A DNA stretch of 46,727 bases. Origin: Corallochytrium limacisporum Hawaii. Its lineage: Eukaryota; Protista; Pluriformea. Each line of letters starts with the position of its first letter. Positions within the stretch are counted from its first letter, which is position 1. Positions 1-8,660 of this stretch are shown piece by piece. Location: NCBI GenBank assembly GCA_002811645.1, contig PDIP01000111.1, positions 44,739-91,465 on the forward strand. The letters are read 5' to 3'. The notes below the pieces were generated by a model. The model was not told where the DNA came from, ran no database searches, and saw only the letters and a program-made list of their open reading frames with translations. The translations under genes and the position numbers were made by a program.

Positions 1-1503
1 GGTTGGCGCGAATTTCTCCCTCCCTCCTTATTCCGGTTGATTAAATGTGATTTGGAGCAATATTTCGACGCAGAGGATAGTACAAAAGTCACCAACTTTC
101 CATGCCAAGACCGCTATATGCTCAGTACAAAAAAATTAGCACACTGCCAAGACCTACCGGGACAAACCCCCCCCTTCTTTTCCTTCCCTTGCGGACCTCG
201 GGGGTCTCTGTAACTGTTCGAAACTGAAGAGTGCCAAGAGTGGGTGGCTGGCCCCTGCAGGCACGCCGGGCCAGTGGTGTGGCGACCCACTTTGATTGCG
301 ATGCCCGAAGGCGTCATCGTTCATCTTCCTCTGTTTGTCGACATGGACGATCATGGTAACACCGACTTTGTCAGGGTGTTAAATTGCCGTGTGATTGCTT
401 CAGTCGGGGGTTGTACTTAGTAACTGCTGTGTGGAACGGTCTGCGAATCGACACACTACGTGAAGATTTACTTTGCCAGCCGTTCCGTCCGAATGCGCAC
501 AAACCGAAGCCCAATTAGGACCCCTGCTGTGTTATGCTGTCCACCACCTGCGTAAAAGATTTCATTACGTAGGTGAGATGAACACCGGGCCGGGCACTTC
601 ACGGGCCTGCATTGGCTGGCCAAATGGTGATAATAGCAGCAAGAATTTCCCCGTCTTGGCAGAGAGAGTCCTCAGAACAGCCACATCAGCGCGTTTACGT
701 AGACACTGCTCAGAAGAACACTTTGAGAGAAGTTTCCAGTGCCCTTGCAGCGCAGTGCGGTATGAAAAGGGAATGGCTTCTCGGCCTCTTAGGAGCACTG
801 GAATCTTTGATGTCGGTAATTGAACTGTTCACAAGCGAACAGGAGGTAGATGATGATGATGATGTTCGTCGCCGATGGGCGTCATTGCCACCTACCAAAA
901 CGAACGGCGGGCCTGCCGAATAGGGGCCGCTTAGGGAAGTAGCAAGGGGGCAACCGGAAGGGGCAACTGCGGAGATTCTTTTGGGGAGGGAGGGTAGGTG
1001 TGGAATGCATAGTGAACATTGCAGAGGAATTGTGCAGAAGAAGCAAAAAAGAAAAATAAAAGGGGGGAAATTTATCTTTACTGTTTTGCGCGAGTTTCGC
1101 GAGGAAGGGAGACCGAGGCAAGTGGGCGGAGGGGCGCAAGGGGGAAAGGAGGGGTTGGGCAGCGGAGGAGTCGGGCCTGCGGGTACCCGCGGTTCCCTCC
1201 GCAGGTTACATCAGCTTCGCATCAAAAAGCACATTCGGACGGCACGCAGTAGGCCCTTGAAGTGTCCTATTCTTCGCAGCATGTGCAATTTGAGAGACTT
1301 GGCAGAGAATAGAGTAGGAAACAAAAGAATGATTGTTTGTTTTGTCCATGCCGTGGTAGATGGCACACACGGGTATTTAAGGTGGGGATCTCTTGGACCA
1401 TTGAGGTCAGACCCGAAGGAGATCAAGTCAAACACACAGAGAGAAAGAAAAGAAACTCAGAGCTGGTCTTTGAAGATATTCTCAGTCTTATACATAACTA
1501 ATC

Positions 1504-4422
1504 ATGGAGCTTTTCGGATTGTTGTTCAGCATTATTGAAATTGAGGCTTCCGAAGTGAAGCCGGAGTGGAAACCGTGTGCCTTGGAGCGGGTGGAGGTCA
1601 AGGCTGAAGTGATCGACTGTATTACCGAAGTAACCATTGCCCAGACCTACCGCAACCCTCTTCCAGACCGCACTGTTGAAGCAGAATATGTCTTCCCCTT
1701 GGATGAGAAGTCTGCAGTTTGCAGCTTCACTGCCACCCTTGAAGATGGCCGCTTGGTGAAAGGAGTCGTTCAGGAAAAGTTACAAGCTCGCAAGACTTAT
1801 GACCGTGCGCTGGCGCGCGGTGACGGTGCCTATCTCCTTGAGCAGGACAAGCCAGACATCTTTCGATGCAAAGTGGGAAACCTGGAACCTGGTATGAGTG
1901 TACGCATCGAATTGAAGTACGTTGCCGAGCTGAAAGTAGAGGGTGACGACGTTCGCTTCGTGCTGCCGACCTGCGTAGGCGAGCGGTACACTCCTGCAGA
2001 GTTCAAGCCAGCCTATCCCAAGCATGAAAGTGGTATGAAAAACACTGCAGAGACAGCTAAATTAACCTCTGGAAACAGCAACACAGTCCCTTGCACCCTG
2101 ATCGCCCACTTTGCCATGCGCTCCGCAATCACTGAACTGCGCTGCCCAACTCTGTCGGAGATGGAGGGAGAGAGTGAGGAGTTCCTGAACATAAGCTACA
2201 GTGAAAGGGATCGCAAGAAGGCCACTGTCCGTCTGAACAATGTACAGCTAGACCGTGACCTCGTGATCAAGTGTCGCGTCGAGAATCCCCACGAACCGCG
2301 ACTGAACCTGGAGCAAAGTCCCGAAGATGGCACAGGCGTGGCTATGTTGACTCTGGTGCCTGACTTTGAGCTGCTGGCAGCCGGTCAGGCATGCGACAAG
2401 TATCCTGTGGAAATGATCTTTGTGGTGGATCGTTCGGGCTCCATGGGCGGGCCTCGCATCGAACGTGCCAGGGAGGCCATGAAATTGATGCTCAAGTCCC
2501 TACCCGTCGAGCATGTGCACTTCAACATTGTCGGCTTCGGATCTCGCTTCCAGACCTTATTTGAGGGTCAGTCGCGCCCATACACTGAATCTAACTTGAA
2601 GCAGGCCATGGACCATGTCACGTCGGAGATGCAGTCCAATCTGGGCGGTACAGAACTGCTGAAGCCCCTGCAGCACATCCATCATTCCCTTCCTCGAATT
2701 CCCGGGCACCGTCGTCAGATCCTCGTCCTCACTGATGGTCAGGTAAGTAACACGGAAGCAGTTCTGAGCTATGTTCAGGAAATGTGCTCACCGGAAGCGG
2801 GAAATAGTGGTGTCGGGTCCATGTTCGGGGGCAAAAAGCGGGCATCTTCTGGCCACACGCGTTTTTTCAGCGTCGGTATCGGCTCCAGCGTCAGCCACCA
2901 CCTCGTTGAGGGTCTTGCTCGCAACGGCCAGGGTACTGCAGTCTTTGTCAATGATCGCGAGCCAATGCAAACCAAACTGCAGCGCCATCTGAAACAGGCT
3001 GTGGCACCCGCCCTGCGCAACGTCAGCGTGACATGGGGCGACGAGAAAACCAGTTCTGCGGAAGGCGCTGAGGCCGGGGACCAGGAACCAAGTGTTGTCG
3101 GTCGAGTGGTCAAGTCCATTTTTGGTTATCGTCGCGCCGATGATGATGTGAACGGCACTGGCAAGCCCGAGCAGAAGACCACTGGCATCAGCACAACCGA
3201 GGCTCTGACCATGCAATCGCCCTGCGTCGTACCGCCCCTGTTCGACGGCGAACGATTCCTGATCTTCCGTCGTTTCGCCGATGCTACCTCTCTGCCCAAG
3301 AGCGTTACCCTGTCCGCCACGGTTCCGTCTTTCACCTCCGGGATGGAGATCATCGAGGAGGTCTTGCAGGTTACTTTGACCACGGATGAGATCTACGAAG
3401 GTCTGACAGTGCATCGGATGGCCGCTCGTGCCGCTATCCGAGACCTGGAGGAAGGCAGGGTCGAGAAAATTGGCGATCCCAAGCCAGAGATTGTCCGCCT
3501 GGGCTGCAAGTACAGTCTGGCTTCAGCTCATACTTCCTTTGTGGCCGTGGAGAAGCGCAACGGCGATGGTGACGGGGACGCAACAGAGAAGGTGCTGGAG
3601 TGTGTCGAGGAGGAAGAGCCCGAACCTGAAGAGCCCCAGATGGAGTCAGCTCGCTTGTTCGCTCGCGTTTCCTGTGCCGCTCCAGCCGCTCCGAAGATGA
3701 AAAAGAAGGCCATGTTCGGTGGCGGCGGTGGAGGTCCGAAGTTCCGTAATCGCCGCAGTGCAATGGCCCCACAGCCGCCTCCTGCTCCGTGTGCCATGGC
3801 TTGCCCAATGCCAGCAATGCAGGGTGCTTTGCCAGGTGGCGGGTATGCAGTCGATGCCGTCCCCGCTTCGACAGGATCGGCAATGATGGGCATGCCGGGC
3901 ATGCGCGGTGACGCGAGGAAAGAGGAGGAGCGCTGTAAGATGGATCTGTGCATTGATGACGACGAATGCGATGAGTGCGAGGAGGAAGCTGGAGAGATGC
4001 TCTGTGAGGGAGGCGACGCCGGTGTCCATGAGAGGGACCGCAAAGCCCTTTCACAGAAACCCGTGGCGGCCCCTGCGCTCAGGCCCCGTGAAGTTGTTAT
4101 GCGCCTTGCTGATCTGCAGAAATTCGACGGATCATTTGAGCTCACTGATGAACTCATCGCCCTCGATGTCAGCGGTGCGGCCCTGGGCTGTTCCACAGTC
4201 GAGGCAGTCGTTGCGAAGCTAGATGGCGTCACCGATGCGCGTGTGGCGGGCACCCTCTTTGCTTTGGCCCTTCTTCAGAGCGCAGCTGGCCTGCGCAAGA
4301 TCAAGGACGAGTGGGAGATGCTGGCACAGAAGGCGCGTAAGTTCCTCAATGCTCAGACACAGGGTGCCAATCTCTCCGAGTACATGACCAAGCTCACTTG
4401 CCAGGCCAGTCCTGTGGCCTAA
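1504..4422 (+). CDS. VWA5A: VIT + von Willebrand factor A domain protein (VWA5A/BCSC-1-like)
   Basis: 972-aa ORF with aatcATGg start. VIT domain (EAEYVFPLDEKSAVCSF...LLEQDKPDIFRCKVGNL), vWA MIDAS motif (FVVDRSGSM...LGGTEL...LTDGQVSN), conserved YSLASAHTSFVAVE and C-terminal LQKFDGSF...EWEMLAQKA helical region. Confidence 0.88.
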   Translation: MELFGLLFSIIEIEASEVKPEWKPCALERVEVKAEVIDCITEVTIAQTYRNPLPDRTVEAEYVFPLDEKSAVCSFTATLEDGRLVKGVVQEKLQARKTYDRALARGDGAYLLEQDKPDIFRCKVGNLEPGMSVRIELKYVAELKVEGDDVRFVLPTCVGERYTPAEFKPAYPKHESGMKNTAETAKLTSGNSNTVPCTLIAHFAMRSAITELRCPTLSEMEGESEEFLNISYSERDRKKATVRLNNVQLDRDLVIKCRVENPHEPRLNLEQSPEDGTGVAMLTLVPDFELLAAGQACDKYPVEMIFVVDRSGSMGGPRIERAREAMKLMLKSLPVEHVHFNIVGFGSRFQTLFEGQSRPYTESNLKQAMDHVTSEMQSNLGGTELLKPLQHIHHSLPRIPGHRRQILVLTDGQVSNTEAVLSYVQEMCSPEAGNSGVGSMFGGKKRASSGHTRFFSVGIGSSVSHHLVEGLARNGQGTAVFVNDREPMQTKLQRHLKQAVAPALRNVSVTWGDEKTSSAEGAEAGDQEPSVVGRVVKSIFGYRRADDDVNGTGKPEQKTTGISTTEALTMQSPCVVPPLFDGERFLIFRRFADATSLPKSVTLSATVPSFTSGMEIIEEVLQVTLTTDEIYEGLTVHRMAARAAIRDLEEGRVEKIGDPKPEIVRLGCKYSLASAHTSFVAVEKRNGDGDGDATEKVLECVEEEEPEPEEPQMESARLFARVSCAAPAAPKMKKKAMFGGGGGGPKFRNRRSAMAPQPPPAPCAMACPMPAMQGALPGGGYAVDAVPASTGSAMMGMPGMRGDARKEEERCKMDLCIDDDECDECEEEAGEMLCEGGDAGVHERDRKALSQKPVAAPALRPREVVMRLADLQKFDGSFELTDELIALDVSGAALGCSTVEAVVAKLDGVTDARVAGTLFALALLQSAAGLRKIKDEWEMLAQKARKFLNAQTQGANLSEYMTKLTCQASPVA

Positions 4423-4515
4423 ATTGAATTCTGATTTAATTGTCTTGCACAAAACTAGATACACCCTTACGAATACTTTACAAACATTTTCTTAAAACCT
4501 TTGGTCTGTCATTTC

Positions 4516-5481
4516 CTATCGATTCTTAAGGGGACCCGAGGGGTCCGCTTGGAATGACTCTGGTAGGCTGGTGGTGAAGAGCAGATACTGTTGGCACTCA
4601 ACTGTAACATGAGTATACTGTTCTCCGTCACTGTCCATTTCAGGCTCCGGCAAGTCGAATTCATTGCTGGTGCTAATCAGCCCACCAAAGTTCATGTCCC
4701 GACCCCTAAGGTTGTACTTGAATCCGTGTGTGATCACGTCGTGTACTGCACCAAATACTGGGATCAAACCGCATTTGATTCCCTGCCAGTTTGCACCCCT
4801 GAGACAGAACTGCGTGATTTCGTTGGGCCGACAGATGGCGTGCCACGCCTGGCTATTAATTAGATGCATGTCCAACATGAAATCGTCCGGTCCGGGCAGT
4901 CCGTCCTCGCGGGCTTGACCACTGTTGTATTGCTCAGTGCTATTCAGCAGCGTGTTCAGCGATCCCATGACATGGTCAAAGCGGCCTTCCATGCTACACC
5001 ACACGATAATTTCATGGTGTAGAACCGGTTTGGCTCCAACAGTACCCTCCTTGGCCTGATTCTTTACGGCGTTCACAACGTATTTAACGGCCTTGTCAAA
5101 GTCTGTACAGTCCTCATCAGTGTCTACTACCATCCGAGTGCCTGCTTCTGTGTAGTGGTCCTTTACTTCGGGGCGGATGCTATCCATGTCCCCGACAATC
5201 ACCTCCGGAGTCACAGTTCCGTCCTCTGAGGACAGGCTCTCACGGTCATAGAGACGGTTAGCTGCTCCGTCACAGACAATGGTTGAGGCCGCCCACAGAT
5301 CCTTCATGTATTCCGGTGCTGCCCATGTGATGGGTTGGTTGAGCAAGACCAGCCACCGCTTCAACACTACGGGCCGACCAGTATGGTGGCTGCTGCTCTG
5401 ACGTGAAGATCTTCCCAGTGGAAAAACCAATTGTCGCTGTATCTGGCCACTGGGAAGCCTTATGGTTCCGCGAGCTGTCAT
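4516..5481 (-). CDS. TPK1: Thiamine pyrophosphokinase
   Basis: Motifs LLNQP, CDGAANRL, IVGDMDSI, DEDCTDFDKAV, GRFDHVMG, CGLIP, THGFKYNL and FGGLISTSN are characteristic of the TPK family. Confidence 0.93.
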   Translation of the reverse strand: MTARGTIRLPSGQIQRQLVFPLGRSSRQSSSHHTGRPVVLKRWLVLLNQPITWAAPEYMKDLWAASTIVCDGAANRLYDRESLSSEDGTVTPEVIVGDMDSIRPEVKDHYTEAGTRMVVDTDEDCTDFDKAVKYVVNAVKNQAKEGTVGAKPVLHHEIIVWCSMEGRFDHVMGSLNTLLNSTEQYNSGQAREDGLPGPDDFMLDMHLINSQAWHAICRPNEITQFCLRGANWQGIKCGLIPVFGAVHDVITHGFKYNLRGRDMNFGGLISTSNEFDLPEPEMDSDGEQYTHVTVECQQYLLFTTSLPESFQADPSGPLKNR

Positions 5482-5799
5482 ATTTGAAGAACGTGTGTCC
5501 CGTGCTGCCGATTCGCTGGTCCACAGTGGGAATCAAGTTGTCATCATCACGTCGAAAGTTTCCACATCGAATCCAACCACGCCGTCATACACTCAGTTGT
5601 ATGTCAAGAAGACACTGGACCAACAGTACCTGAATACGCAGCGTCTGACCTTGAAGTACCCAAACGTCGAACCCGAAACAAACTTCAATGGAAGTGGCCC
5701 CGCCTCCGATTTGTTGGCCGTGTCCCGTCCCACGGTGCTCGAGCCCCCTGACCCACCCATGACCCTCCCCGCATACTTGCAGTGGCGGGGGTTTTGGGG

Positions 5800-5930
5800 G
5801 AAGTGGGGGTATTTCCCTCTCTCTCTGTTCCTCTCTCCAGCCCCCCCCCCCCCCGGGGGGGAGGGGGGGCAGCAGTCGGGCAGTGTGCGGTGTCCGGACG
5901 GAGCTGACCCCCCCATCCCCCGGGGTGTGC
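5800..5930. promoter_or_regulatory. GC-rich core of the TPK1/SMN divergent promoter
   Basis: C14-G7-A-G7 tract and ccccgggg lie midway between the two start codons (5481 and 6168). Confidence 0.45.
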
Positions 5931-6167
5931 TGACGGTCCGAGTGTCCCAGAGTCTCACCTCTGCGCACTAATCAGTGGTCTCCTCGTTCATGGTGAGTGG
6001 AAGCTCGCCTTCGGAACATTGTGGAGGCAGATTGCTATTTAATAATTGCTGTGGGTATTCGTGCAAAAGGAATCATGCCGAAAATCATGTTGGATTGGAG
6101 CACACGGTCATGAGCAGTGGAAGGTTGGTCAATGGAACGCATGGACCCAAGCCAATTGCAATGAAAG

Positions 6168-8504
6168 ATGAATGGTGGACAAAGAGACCAAGTGCCCGAT
6201 GACATAGTGTCAAAAACGTTCCAGGAAGCACTGCACTGGCAACTACCAGCAGAAGTATCGTTACAGAAAATGCAACAAGGAAAAATGGCGCAACAGATAC
6301 TGATCGGAAAACAGGAGTTGCACAACCACAGTAGCCACAGCGAGAGCACCTCACCATCACCGTACGGAGGCGCGCAACAGCTCAGGGTTGGTGGTACATG
6401 TCTTGCGGTGTATGTGGAGGACGGTGAGCTCTACCCGGCTCGGGTCCTGGCGTTCAAACGAGGACGGATGCCAGATGACTCAAGAGCGACTGTCGTGTTC
6501 GAAGGATTTGAGCAGGAGGGACCGTATGACATTGATCTAGACGACATTTACCCAGACCCCAGACTAGGAAGGGAAGCACCGTATTCCGCCCCGGCCAAGG
6601 CAGGACAGGCACCTCCTCCTCGGAGCAGTGAGCAAGAAGCGGACGATGCACTGGCTCTGTTTGACCTGAGTCTGCGGGATATTTCGTACGCAACTGACCC
6701 CGGGAGCATAATACCGTCTTTAAACGCTGTTTCGCGAAGCCTACTGCGGCAACATCCACAACAAAGGCCGGTCATGACTCTGGAGGAGACAGATTTGGTA
6801 GAGGGCAAGGACGAGAACGGAAATGGAGAAACCGACAGAATTGACGCAGCCGTGCGTGACTATGGTGGAGCTGGAGGACTGGGAAACTCCGAAGGATTCA
6901 ATATGCACCAACAGTCGTACTCGCCAACCCCGGGGGCAGTCATGAATACGTCTTCACCTGTGATCGAGGAGGAGGACGAAAATGGCAAGAACGACCAAGA
7001 AGAGACTCAACTGGTCCCGAACTTAGACGAAGGATCGCAGTGCTGGGTCTTCCACAGCGAAGAGAATCGCTGGATTCCAGCGGTCATCAACGACGCCCAG
7101 TACGACGAGAGCACCGGTGAGGTGGAGGTTGGTGTGGTCTCCATGGAGCCTGACGGTGCGTACTTTGTGGTGCCGCGTTCGCATATTTACACCGGAGAAC
7201 AACAGCAGCTGGGGGAAGGAACGACAACAGAGTTACCAGCAGACCGGCAGAAAACTATCAAGAAGACTACTGAAAGAATGGCAACGAAGAATGCAAGGGT
7301 AGCCAAGGGCAGCAGCCATGGCGGTCCTGCACCCTCTACTGCTTCTGCTCCACTATCAGTACAGGCATCAGATTCCCAGAAAGGGGAAAATACAAGATCT
7401 CCAGTTCCCACTAGAGAGGCAACAGCACCTGTGGCGGCTGACGCGGCCGCAGCGAAGGCACAAGAAGCGGTCATAGCCGCAGCTGCCGCCGCAGCGTACG
7501 CGACAGTGAAGGAAATGTTCACAAAAGAACAGAGAGCGTTCCCTTCGCGGTCCTCAGATGCTGTGGACCAGGCCGTGCAGCGGGTCATCAACGATGTTGG
7601 TGGCAGTAGTGGCCCGGGCCATGCGCCCACGAATGAAGACCTCGACGCCTTGCGTAGTGCAGCCCTGCTTGGCACTGATGAGGATCTGTCGCAGTTGCTC
7701 ATGGCCTGGTATGCAGCCGGGTTTCAGACGGGCAAGCTCATGTCGCGGAAGGAGCAGGTCCAAAGCTCAAATTCACCGTCATCCGACAGAAAGGCAGCGG
7801 ACAAGGGCAAGTCACCTGTGACATTGGCCAAGCCATGCCGTGAGCGATCGCCACAGCCACGGCGACAGCCACAGACCACAGTCCCGTCACGGTCACCGCC
7901 GAAGCCCCCGAAGTCTGTTGACAGAATCTGCAGCATCGCCGTGGTTGGCAACAGTGCTAAGAGCACCGATACAGCTGCGATTACGGTGGATGTCTCGGGG
8001 TCTGGTGGAAACCCAAGGAGGCGCCTGCCCCAGACCATCACCGCAAAACTAGTGCAGGGACACCGGGTTGCCAGTGGCCTCAACAAGGATCCTAAATTCC
8101 CGGGAGGCACCCTGGGCATGCAAATTCCTGTCTTCCGGCGCCTCGGCGTCGACCTTGGACGGTACCACCCGGCTACCCTCAACTTAAGTATCGCCCCACA
8201 CTGCTATCGACTACTGGAGCCATGGAGGACACTGCGCCAGGTCGACTGGAGCAATCCACAATCGCCAAACCTGCCGCCCGAGGACTTCAGTGTCATTCCA
8301 TGCGTAATTCGCCCTCTGGGGTCAAGGGATAAGTATTCGGCAATGATTTACTACCCTCACCCAGAGACTAAGCCGGACTACCACGCCACGAACGTTAGTG
8401 ATGCAATGCTTGAGGTATTGGCGCCAGAGATTCCTGGTGTTACCTACGGCGATCTCTTTCAGCTTGTCGCAGGGGCGGATGAGATTGCCTTTTTCGAGCG
8501 GTAA
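6168..8504 (+). CDS. SMN: SMN-like protein (two Tudor domains, YG-box) fused to a C-terminal riboflavin-kinase-like domain
   Basis: Tudor domain LRVGGTCLAVYVEDGELYPARV...VVFEGF resembles the SMN Tudor (~6381-6549). Second Tudor-like segment at ~7023-7190. YG-box-like DEDLSQLLMAWYAAGFQTG at ~7677-7740. The N-terminal DDIVSKTFQEAL may be the Gemin2-binding helix. An additional globular domain spans 8034-8504. Confidence 0.7.
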   Translation: MNGGQRDQVPDDIVSKTFQEALHWQLPAEVSLQKMQQGKMAQQILIGKQELHNHSSHSESTSPSPYGGAQQLRVGGTCLAVYVEDGELYPARVLAFKRGRMPDDSRATVVFEGFEQEGPYDIDLDDIYPDPRLGREAPYSAPAKAGQAPPPRSSEQEADDALALFDLSLRDISYATDPGSIIPSLNAVSRSLLRQHPQQRPVMTLEETDLVEGKDENGNGETDRIDAAVRDYGGAGGLGNSEGFNMHQQSYSPTPGAVMNTSSPVIEEEDENGKNDQEETQLVPNLDEGSQCWVFHSEENRWIPAVINDAQYDESTGEVEVGVVSMEPDGAYFVVPRSHIYTGEQQQLGEGTTTELPADRQKTIKKTTERMATKNARVAKGSSHGGPAPSTASAPLSVQASDSQKGENTRSPVPTREATAPVAADAAAAKAQEAVIAAAAAAAYATVKEMFTKEQRAFPSRSSDAVDQAVQRVINDVGGSSGPGHAPTNEDLDALRSAALLGTDEDLSQLLMAWYAAGFQTGKLMSRKEQVQSSNSPSSDRKAADKGKSPVTLAKPCRERSPQPRRQPQTTVPSRSPPKPPKSVDRICSIAVVGNSAKSTDTAAITVDVSGSGGNPRRRLPQTITAKLVQGHRVASGLNKDPKFPGGTLGMQIPVFRRLGVDLGRYHPATLNLSIAPHCYRLLEPWRTLRQVDWSNPQSPNLPPEDFSVIPCVIRPLGSRDKYSAMIYYPHPETKPDYHATNVSDAMLEVLAPEIPGVTYGDLFQLVAGADEIAFFER

Positions 8505-8660
8505 ACTAACCAACTAAAAGGAAGAAGTACAGAAATTGAACGGCCGATAAAGTATTCTTCAAATGGCTAACCATTTATTCCGAATCTGAAAAAAAACATG
8601 CGAGACTGTATGCGCGTTTGCAGAGGAAAACAGCAGATTTTTCGGAAAGACAAAGGGTTT

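Noticed and set aside
773-790. atggcttctcggcctctt resembles the U2 snRNA 5' end
   Set aside because: It is not followed by GGCTAAGATCAAGTGTAGTA (branch-pairing region), and no Sm site or stem-loops are evident.
114-1538. Short ORFs upstream of the VWA5A-like gene (e.g. 612-923, 981-1538)
   Set aside because: Mostly non-ATG starts, no recognisable domains, promoter-like composition.
2740-2748. Perfect splice donor cag/gtaagt inside the VWA5A-like gene
   Set aside because: It encodes the conserved LTDGQVSN motif, and the ORF continues with family-conserved sequence.
5640-5700. gaagtaccc...gaacccga reminiscent of a TPP riboswitch near TPK1
   Set aside because: It is on the wrong strand for TPK1 and lacks the CTGAGA and GCGTAGGGA core motifs.
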